From positions 1 through 32,605 of the forward strand of contig QHTW01000086.1 of NCBI GenBank assembly GCA_003220955.1: 32,605 nucleotides of DNA, written 5' to 3'. Shown in pieces: positions 25,114 through 32,605 of the stretch; positions within the stretch are counted from its first letter, which is position 1, and each line of letters begins with the position of its first letter. The position numbers and the translations under genes were made by a program. The stretch is from Gemmatimonadota bacterium. Lineage in GTDB: Bacteria; Gemmatimonadota; Gemmatimonadetes; Gemmatimonadales; GWC2-71-9. The notes beneath the pieces are model-generated. The model worked only from the letters and a program-made list of their open reading frames with translations, had not been told where the DNA came from and made no database searches.

Positions 25114-27490
25114 ACCAATCGGCGCTTCCGTCTCGAAGATCAGGTGCCCCGATTCGAATCGCGCCCCGCGCAATGCCAGGCTGAGGACGTCGCCCAGCTC
25201 CTCGACGAGATGCACGTCGAGCGTCTTCCGCACTTCCTCCGGCAGGTCCTCCAGGTCGCGCTCGTTTTCTTTCGGCAGAATCACGGTTGTGATGCCCGCG
25301 CGAACCGCGCCAAGCACCTTTTCCTTCACTCCGCCGATGGGGAGCACGCGGCCCCGCAGCGTGATCTCACCGGTCATGGCGATGTCGTGCCGAGCCGGTC
25401 GCCGAGACAGGGCCGACACGAGGGCCGTGGCCATCGTGATTCCGGCGGACGGACCGTCCTTGGGAATCGCGCCGGCCGGGACGTGGACGTGAATATCCGT
25501 GTCGATAAACGCCCCTTCCGGGATGCCCAGCAGATCAGCGTGTGACTTGGCGTAGGTCAGCGCGGCCCGTGCCGACTCCTTCATGACGTCGCCGAGCTGC
25601 CCCGTCAGAACCAGCTCTCCCTTGCCGCGCATCACGCTGGCCTCGACGAACATGATGTCGCCGCCCACCGGCGTGTAGTACATCCCGGTGGCCACGCCGA
25701 CCTGATCCTCGCCCGCCATACGCTCGGGGTGTACCTTCGGCCGCCCGATGAGATCGGGGATGTCCTTCGGTCCGACGGTGACTTGCTGCGCGGCGCCATC
25801 GGCGATCTTGCGGGCGATCTTCCGTCCCAGCTTGCCGATCTCGCGCTCGAGCTGACGGACACCGGCCTCGCGCGTGTAGCTCGCAATGATCTCGCTCAGT
25901 GCCCCGTCACTCAACGTCAGTTGATCGGCACGGAGTCCGTTTTCTCTGAGCTGCCGCGGCACGAGATAGCGCTTGGCAATCTCGAGTTTCTCGCGCTCGG
26001 TGTACCCCGCGAAATTGACCGTTTCGAGGCGGTCGAGCAGCGGTCCAGGAATGTTCTGGATGAAGTTCGCGGTCGCGATGAACAGGACCTCAGACAGATC
26101 GAACGGCACGCCGAGATAGTGGTCGGTAAACGTGTCATTCTGCGCCGGGTCGAGCACTTCGAGCAGCGCCGCGGCGGGATCTCCCTGGAAGGAGATGCCG
26201 AGCTTATCGACCTCATCGAGCAGGAAGATCGGGTTTTTTGCGCCCGCCTGCTTCATGCCCTGAATGATGCGGCCCGGCATCGCCCCCACGTACGTGCGCC
26301 GGTGGCCGCGAATGTCGGCCTCGTCACGCGCGCCGCCGAGCGAGATGCGGACGTAAGGACGCCCCATCGACCGCGCGATGGACTTGGCGATCGATGTCTT
26401 GCCGACGCCCGGCGGCCCGACAAACAACAAGGTCGGTGCGCGTGAGGCACGATCATCCTCGTTGCCCGGAGCCTCCGTCTTGGGCTGCTGTTGCCGCAGC
26501 TGCCTCACGGCCAGAAACTCGAGCACCTGATCCTTCACATCCTGAAGCCCGTAGTGGTCTTCTTCGAGGATCTCCTCGGCCCGCTTGAGATCGAGCGACT
26601 CCTCCGCGCGCTTGTTCCACGGCAGCTCGGCGACGGTTTCGAGATAGGTCCGAATGACCTGCGCTTCCATCGATTCCCGGCCGGCGCGCTCGAGGCGCGC
26701 GAGCTCGCGATCGACTTCTTTTCGGGCGGCCTCGGGCAAGTCGAGGGCGTCGAGCCGCTTTTTGAGATCGTCGGCCTCCGCCGCCTCTTCCTCCTCGCCG
26801 AGCTCTTTGCGAATGGCCTTCATCTGCTCGCGCAGCAACATCTCACGCTGGCGCTCGCCAAGCTCTTCCTGCACCTGGGACTTGATGTCTTCCTGGGCGT
26901 CCAACACCGCGATCTGGCGCTGGACGTGGACGAGCACCCGGCGCAGCCGGTCTTCCACAGCGAGCGTTTCGAGCAGCTGCTGGCGTTCGAGCGACTGAAT
27001 GTCGAGATGTCCGGCGACGAGGTCGGCGAGTGCGCCGGGGTCCGCGACTCCCTGCAGGACCTGCTGTACGACCTCGGTCGGCAGGCCGGACTTCTGCTTC
27101 GCGATGCAGCGCCAGGAACGCCGGATCTTTCGCATTGAGGGGAGGCAGATCAGCCGCTTCCCGGACGGTCGCCTCGAGATAGCCGGTCGTCTCGGTATAG
27201 TGGACTGCCGTACCGCGGGCGTCGCCATGGAGGATCAGCTGGACGCCACCGAGATTGCGTTGCACCTGGCTGATCCGCGCGATCGTGCCGGTGGTATAGA
27301 GCACACCGGGGGTGACCTGATCGACGTTCTCTTTCTGAGCGACTGCAAAGACCTTGCGGTCGGGGTGCTTCAGGGCGGCTTCTATGGCGCGCAATGTCGC
27401 TGGACGGCCCGCGCCGATCGGCGTCGCAACGCCCGGAAATAACACGGCATCGCGCAGCGGCAGGACGGGCAAAGTCATCCGGTCTGACAT
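25084..27490 (-). pseudogene. lon: ATP-dependent Lon protease (LonA), reading frame interrupted near 27090-27125
   Basis: Track ORFs 26843..27490 (N domain: LPVLPLRDAVLFPGV...) and 25084..27228 (the rest) lie in adjacent frames. The second carries LREQMKAIRKELGE, GPPGVGKTS, LLDEVDK and [18 protein letters not shown]. Homology support switches frame between ...DPAFLALHR and KQKSGLPTEVVQQ...ADPGALADLVAGHL. Confidence 0.8.
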
Positions 27491-27510
27491 GGATTCTCCG
27501 ATCTTGGGTC

Positions 27511-27537
27511 ACGGGGACAACATTCCGGGACGGTCAA
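27511..27537 (-). promoter_or_regulatory. Candidate sigma32-like heat-shock promoter upstream of lon
   Basis: The minus strand reads TTGACC (27537-27532), 15 nt, then CCCCGT (27516-27511), against the E. coli-type consensus TTGAAA-N13-17-CCCCAT. GGAGAA precedes the lon ATG at 27490. Confidence 0.25.
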
Positions 27538-27668
27538 CGCACCGTCCATGCCACGAAAAAACACCTTAGACGGCAGGTCCGTTCCGAATTACGCCGCCAA
27601 AGCGGCGCGTGGCTGCCAAGTCGACGCTTGACGAGTATCTTTTGGCCTCGAATGGATTGCAGAGACGC

Positions 27669-29561
27669 ATGAGCGATCTGCTGGCGCAGCGGCTGAGTCA
27701 GGCCCTGGGGTCCTCCTTCACGCTCGACAGGGAGATTGGCCGCGGCGGCATGGGCGTCGTCTATCATGCCCGCGATGAGCGCCTCAAGCGGGCGGTGGCA
27801 GTCAAGGTGCTCCCGCCCGAGCTCGCGTTCCGGGAGGAAATCCGCATGCGTTTTCTCCGGGAAGCGGAAACGGCCGCGCGTCTGTCCCACCCGCACATCG
27901 TCCCGATTCATTCCGTCGGCGAAGGTCCCGAGGGACTCGTGTACTTCGTGATGGCCTATGTGGACGGTGAATCGCTCGCGGCGCGCCTCAAACGCCGCGA
28001 GCGACTGCCACCTGAAGAAGCCCGGCGCATCTTGATGGAAACGGCGGACGCCCTCGGCGCCGGACACGCCCTCGGCATCATCCATCGCGACGTCAAACCC
28101 GACAACATCCTGCTTGAGGGAAGCCGCGGCCGAACGATCCTCACCGACTTCGGGATCGCGAAGGCGCTGACGTCCACGACCGGGCCTGGGACGCTGACGG
28201 CGACCGGGGTGGCCATCGGGACCCCCCACTACATGAGCCCCGAGCAGGCAGCCGGCGATCGGGAGATCGACGGGCGGTCGGACATCTACAGCCTTGGGGT
28301 GGTCGGCTATCAGATGCTCGCGGGGGAGCTGCCGTTTTCCGCACCAACCGTGCCCGGCATTCTGCTCAAGCAGATCACGGAGCAGGCGCCGAACCTGCAG
28401 GATAGGTCTCCGACCTGTCCAGACGATCTCGCCTCGTGTGTGATGCGCTCACTCGAAAAAGAACCGGAGGCGCGCTGGCCGACTGCGGACGCGCTGCGGC
28501 GCGCACTCGAATCGCGCAGTGCGCCGCCGTATCGTCCCTCGCGTCGCCCGAGCGGCGGAGGGGTTGGGCTGGGTGCGCGCGCGCTCGCGCGACCCGAGTC
28601 GCGTCTGGGTGGCGGCCCCCCGGCACGTCAGTCGGGCGGTGGCCGGCCCGAGCGACGGCCCACGCGGCCGGCCCCGAAACGCGATCCCAAAAGCGACCTC
28701 ACACCGAGTGGGGAAGCCCGGATGGTCGCGAGGTTCAGGGATTCGTTCGTTTCGTGGGCGTCGGTCTGCGGCGGACTGACGCTGATCGATCTGATTCAAG
28801 GCGGGGGGCTGGGGTGGTCGCTCTTCGTCACCGTCCCGTGGGGCGCGTTTGGGTTGCTCCCGCAGTACATGAAGCTGTGGCAGAATGGTTACTCGTGGCG
28901 CGACGTCCTCAACCGCCCGGTGGCACCCGATGCGCAGGAAGCCCTGCTGGGCCCGCGCCGCGCGTTGGCACCGCCCAAAGCGGATGAATTCGGACGCCAT
29001 GTGAATACGATCCGACTGGTCCGCAACGACCGCGAGGCCATTCTCAAGATCATGGAGCGAGTGCCCACGTCAGAGCGCAAGCTGCTGCCGGACGTGGTCG
29101 CGACCGTCGACGCGCTGCTGAAACGAGCCGAGGACCTCGCGCGCATGTTGTACGGAATGAGCGCGGACATGGACGATGGCGCCCTCGCGCGAATCGAAGT
29201 GCGTATCGAGGCGGTGAAGCATCATGAGGAGGGGGCGGAGCGCGAGCGGCAACTCAGCCTACTCGATCGCCAGCGGCAGGCGTTGAGCGATCTGCTGGGG
29301 CGTCGCAAGAACGTCGAAGAGCAGATCGAGTCGTGCGTGCTGGCCATGCAGAACGTCCGGTTCGACCTGCTGCGACTGAGATCCGCGGGTGTGGCGGCGG
29401 TGCTCAGTGATCTGACGCATGCCACGCAGGAGGCGCGGGCGCTGTCGCGAGACGTCGATCACGTCATCGCGGCCGCGGGTGAGATCCGCGACGTGCTCAG
29501 TTCGAGCCCTTCCCCTTCCGTTCGACAACCCCGCGGGGGGGGCCCGGCCTCGCCCCGCTAG
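27669..29561 (+). CDS. Ser/Thr protein kinase with a Pro/Arg/Gly-rich linker, two TM helices and a C-terminal coiled-coil domain
   Basis: Track ORF 27609..29561; I prefer ATG 27669 (MSDLLAQRL). Kinase motifs: GRGGMGVVY, AVKVL, HRDVKPDNILL, DFGIA and GTPHYMSPE. Hydrophobic pair: FVSWASVCGGLTLIDLI and GWSLFVTVPWGAFGLL. Confidence 0.8.
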   Translation: MSDLLAQRLSQALGSSFTLDREIGRGGMGVVYHARDERLKRAVAVKVLPPELAFREEIRMRFLREAETAARLSHPHIVPIHSVGEGPEGLVYFVMAYVDGESLAARLKRRERLPPEEARRILMETADALGAGHALGIIHRDVKPDNILLEGSRGRTILTDFGIAKALTSTTGPGTLTATGVAIGTPHYMSPEQAAGDREIDGRSDIYSLGVVGYQMLAGELPFSAPTVPGILLKQITEQAPNLQDRSPTCPDDLASCVMRSLEKEPEARWPTADALRRALESRSAPPYRPSRRPSGGGVGLGARALARPESRLGGGPPARQSGGGRPERRPTRPAPKRDPKSDLTPSGEARMVARFRDSFVSWASVCGGLTLIDLIQGGGLGWSLFVTVPWGAFGLLPQYMKLWQNGYSWRDVLNRPVAPDAQEALLGPRRALAPPKADEFGRHVNTIRLVRNDREAILKIMERVPTSERKLLPDVVATVDALLKRAEDLARMLYGMSADMDDGALARIEVRIEAVKHHEEGAERERQLSLLDRQRQALSDLLGRRKNVEEQIESCVLAMQNVRFDLLRLRSAGVAAVLSDLTHATQEARALSRDVDHVIAAAGEIRDVLSSSPSPSVRQPRGGGPASPR

Positions 29562-32500
29562 CCGGTCGCATTGCCTGGCACTGTCGCACTAACGCCGGGC
29601 CATCCTGCCGCTCGATCCCGAACTGCAGCATCTCGATGAACTCGGACACTGCGACGTCGCACGACCCTGCGCGCACGGCGGCTAAAGCGCGCAACTCGCG
29701 ATACCGAGCCATGCCCGGGCGACTCGCCACCGCAACCGCCATCACACTGTCTGCAAGCGATGGCGGCCCATCCAGCGTGAGGTGCCCCAGAGCTTCGCTC
29801 AGGAAGTAGGCGGCATACGGATGGCGGAAACTGCCTCTGCCCGCGCGGAGCGCGCCGAGGGCCTCGGTCGCCGCTCGTTTCCAGGAGGAGTCTCGCACCG
29901 CGAGCAACGCGAGGGCGGCGCGCGCTTGCGCGGTATCCGCACCAGCGGCGAGGGCGGCGTCGAGGAATCCCTGCACGCGAGACGCCGGCTTCTGCCGGGC
30001 CATCGCGATCAGCCCCTCGAGGAGTTGTGCGTCGGCCCACGCTCTCCCGTCCCGCCGTCCGCGTGCCTGCACGTTGGAAACCATGACCTCCGCGCTGACC
30101 GTGTCGTGCAGGCCGAGCCGAATGCGGGCGTCGCGCACCGTATACTCACCGGGAACCGGCTCGGCGCGCCGCAGAGCCTCAAGGTACGGCAGGACGGCGG
30201 CATCGCCCCGGCGCATCGCGAGCGTCCGAGCGAGCAGCAAGGCGGGAGGTCCATCACCACCCGCAGCGCCGATCTGCGCGAGCGAGTCAAAGACGGCCCC
30301 CACGCTATTATCGGGCGCCAGAAAACTTCGTGCCGCGGCAAACTCGAGGCGGGGATGGTCGTCGGTATGCGTGAAGCTGGCGCGGGTGAGGAGGCCACTG
30401 ACGCCGCGCTCGCCGAGCAGTCGGTGGCCGAGGTACTCCGCCGGCGCGTCGATGTTGAGCCACTCGCGCGCGAGGTCACCCAAGGCACCGGTAGGTCCCA
30501 CCAGGCGGCGGACCCACGTCGAGTCATACGACAACGGGTGTGCGGAGCCAAGCACGAGCAGGTCGGGATACTCGCCGAACCAGACCTCAACATGTGGGTA
30601 TACCGCGCGCACGTTGCGCACGATTCCGGCAACGATGGGCAATGGGAGCTGATAGAGCTGGACCCATTGGCAGAAAATGCCGTCATCCGTGAGGTGGCGG
30701 CGCACGATCCTAAAGAACTCCGGCGTGTACAGCGTGGCGATCCCCGCAATCCACGGATTTGAAGGTTCTGAAACGATCACGTCGAAGCGGTCCCGCTGCA
30801 GCTGCAGGGCGCTTCGCGCATCGTCCGTCACACTCGACACCCCGGGTTGGTCGAGCACGCGGCCGTTGACGTGATGGAACAGACTGTCCATCGCAAGGAC
30901 GGCGGGTTCGATTTCGATCACGCGCACCTGCTGCATTCCGGGCGTCGCGGCGAGGACGTGGGCCGTGACGCCGCTGCCATATCCGATCACTAGTCCCCGG
31001 GATGCCCCGGGGCGGGCGGCAATCGGCGCGAGCCCCAACATGACCTCGGTGCCCATGTCGCCCCGATCAGAGGCGTCGACTTTGCCGTTGACCCGCAGCG
31101 AGCGGCCCACTTCGCTCTCCCAGACGCTCACCGTCGCGTTGCGGCCTTCGACAAACGCGAGCTGCCGGGCGCCCTCGTGTTCGAGAAAGGCCCGGCGGGT
31201 CCCAGCATCCATTTGCTGGCGCGCGTAGATCGTGGGTGCGAGATCGATGAGGCGCGTGCTCCAGTCCCGGGCGGCCACGGCGACAACGAGCGCGATCATC
31301 CCCAGGATCGCGGCGCCCAGGACGCGATTCTGCATCCGCCGGTGCTCGGTCGAGTGCTCCGCGATCCCCCGCGCGCTCACCCATGCCAACGCGAGCGCCG
31401 CCACTCCGTTGATCACTAGTCCGATGCGAAGCGTCGCCTGCGTGCCAATCGTGGCGACCAGCACGAAGCCGGCGAGCACGGCACCGAGAATGCTCCCGGC
31501 GGTGTTGAGCGCGTAGGCCATCCCGACGTCCGCTCCGCGCGCCTCGCGCCGGCGCGCGGTAAGCTCGACGAGCAGCGGGAACGTCATGCCCATGCCGAGC
31601 GCGGGCACGAGGAGCGCGGCACCGATGGCCACGCCCAGGAAGAGCAGGCGGCCTGCGGCGCCAAGGTTCGGGATCTGAAAAACGGTGATGACGTAGCCCG
31701 GCACTAGGGCAAGGAACAGGAAAAACGCGGCCGCGCCGACGCCGGTGAGACCCTGCGCCAACCCCGCTGCCGCGGCGGTGTCGGCGCGGGGGATGCTCTC
31801 CCGCGCGACGAACACGCTGCCAAGACCGACGCCCATCAGGAACACCAGCAGGATGAGTGTAAACGCGTACGTGGACCCCCCGACGACCATGACCAGCACG
31901 CGGGTCCATGCGATCTCGTCCAGCAGCGACGCAAAGGCGGTGAGGGCCAGAAGCACCAGGGCGAGCGTCCGAAGATGGTCACGCGGAAAATCGGGGGCCT
32001 CCCCGGGGTCGTGACTCGGCTCAACCGCGGCATCTCGTCGGCCGAGTGAGATCGCCGCCGCCCCAATCGCGAGGCTGATCGCCGCGGTGATCCAGAGCGA
32101 CGTACGCACCCCGAGAGACTCGATCAGGAAGAACCCGGCGAGCGCGGTGCCCGTCATCGCGCCGAGTGTGTTCAAGCCGTAGAGACGGCTCAGTGACTGC
32201 TTGAGCAACCCACGGTCTTCGCCCGTCAGAGCGCGCGTTAACACGGGCAGTGTCCCGCCCATGAGGGTGGTGGGGATCATGAGGACGAGCGCGGCCAGTC
32301 CAAATCGGAGTGCGACACTCGCGCCGCCACCGAGCGATACTGCTCCAGCCGTGCCGATGTAGATCCAGTGCGCGAGACCGAGCACCAGCGGCGACACGAT
32401 GCCGAACACGCCGATCGCGATCTCGAGCCAACCGTACAGCACGGCCGGGCGCGGCGAGCGGTCCGCGACCCGGCCCAGCAACCAGGCGCCCAGGCCGAGG

Positions 32501-32605
32501 CCGCCCATGTAAGCGGCGACGACGGTGGTCACGGACTGAATGGTGGAGCCGAACGACTGATAGAGGATGCGGACCCAGAGGAGCTCGTAGCTGAGCCCAG
32601 TCGCA
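29497..32605 (-). CDS. Fused polytopic-membrane / spermidine-synthase-like protein with a C-terminal helical (TPR-like) extension; 5' end beyond the window
   Basis: The track ORF starts at 32532, but the frame stays open to the window edge (upstream reads ...LSYELLWVRILYQSFGSTIQSVTTVVAAYMGGLG, typical of this family). There are many TM helices, then LVIGYGSGVTAHVL and DVIVSEPSNPW (aminopropyl/methyltransferase fold). Confidence 0.75.
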   Translation of the reverse strand, partial: ATGLSYELLWVRILYQSFGSTIQSVTTVVAAYMGGLGLGAWLLGRVADRSPRPAVLYGWLEIAIGVFGIVSPLVLGLAHWIYIGTAGAVSLGGGASVALRFGLAALVLMIPTTLMGGTLPVLTRALTGEDRGLLKQSLSRLYGLNTLGAMTGTALAGFFLIESLGVRTSLWITAAISLAIGAAAISLGRRDAAVEPSHDPGEAPDFPRDHLRTLALVLLALTAFASLLDEIAWTRVLVMVVGGSTYAFTLILLVFLMGVGLGSVFVARESIPRADTAAAAGLAQGLTGVGAAAFFLFLALVPGYVITVFQIPNLGAAGRLLFLGVAIGAALLVPALGMGMTFPLLVELTARRREARGADVGMAYALNTAGSILGAVLAGFVLVATIGTQATLRIGLVINGVAALALAWVSARGIAEHSTEHRRMQNRVLGAAILGMIALVVAVAARDWSTRLIDLAPTIYARQQMDAGTRRAFLEHEGARQLAFVEGRNATVSVWESEVGRSLRVNGKVDASDRGDMGTEVMLGLAPIAARPGASRGLVIGYGSGVTAHVLAATPGMQQVRVIEIEPAVLAMDSLFHHVNGRVLDQPGVSSVTDDARSALQLQRDRFDVIVSEPSNPWIAGIATLYTPEFFRIVRRHLTDDGIFCQWVQLYQLPLPIVAGIVRNVRAVYPHVEVWFGEYPDLLVLGSAHPLSYDSTWVRRLVGPTGALGDLAREWLNIDAPAEYLGHRLLGERGVSGLLTRASFTHTDDHPRLEFAAARSFLAPDNSVGAVFDSLAQIGAAGGDGPPALLLARTLAMRRGDAAVLPYLEALRRAEPVPGEYTVRDARIRLGLHDTVSAEVMVSNVQARGRRDGRAWADAQLLEGLIAMARQKPASRVQGFLDAALAAGADTAQARAALALLAVRDSSWKRAATEALGALRAGRGSFRHPYAAYFLSEALGHLTLDGPPSLADSVMAVAVASRPGMARYRELRALAAVRAGSCDVAVSEFIEMLQFGIERQDGPALVRQCQAMRPASGARPGPPRGVVERKGKGSN

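Noticed and set aside
1-32605. Searched by eye for tRNA/rRNA signatures (such as GGTTCGAATCC-type T-arms), CRISPR-like direct repeats, IS inverted repeats, integrase/transposase/toxin-antitoxin or restriction-type genes, and any defence island linked to the edge helicase.
   Set aside because: I found none. The only helicase is truncated by the window edge and has no visible nuclease or methylase partner within the window.

Overview
This is a high-GC bacterial chromosomal segment (roughly two-thirds G+C by eye) with about 22 protein-coding genes. I recognised no rRNA, tRNA, CRISPR array, integrase or transposase. The content looks like core, envelope and proteolysis genes of a Gram-negative soil-type organism. 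Tandem OmpA proteins with thrombospondin-type-3 repeats and many secreted peptidases suggest something Gemmatimonadota-like, but that is inference only. All family calls come from motifs I read in the translations; no database search was possible.

Gene order:
- DEAH helicase (partial, minus strand)
- small secreted Tyr/Arg/His/Pro-rich protein (minus)
- 6-phosphofructokinase (minus), preceded by an ORF absent from the six-frame ORF track that I read as a SelW/Rdx-family selenoprotein
- polytopic-membrane/GAF/methyl-accepting chemotaxis gene, frame-interrupted
- two tandem OmpA-TSP3 paralogs
- plus-strand run: S9 peptidase, large M14 carboxypeptidase-like protein, COG1306-like putative glycoside hydrolase, lipoprotein
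- aconitase-family enzyme with an N-terminal swivel domain (minus)
- hypothetical propeller-like protein
- M28 peptidase, frame-interrupted
- hypothetical helical protein
- plus-strand run: TrmB-like regulator, alpha/beta hydrolase, second large M14 paralog, TetR regulator
- Lon protease (minus), frame-interrupted
- Ser/Thr kinase
- fused membrane/spermidine-synthase-like protein (minus, partial)

Most noteworthy observations:
1. An 84-codon CxxU selenoprotein gene with an in-frame TGA, an fdhF-like SECIS hairpin, and a GTGA overlap onto pfk.
2. Three conserved genes (MCP, M28, Lon) are each split by a single frame change. This points to assembly indels or recent pseudogenisation.
3. A perfect 12-bp inverted repeat lies directly upstream of the TetR gene.

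I did not find a convincing defence island or a clearly novel multi-gene system. The selenoprotein locus is the best candidate for something standard annotation would miss.
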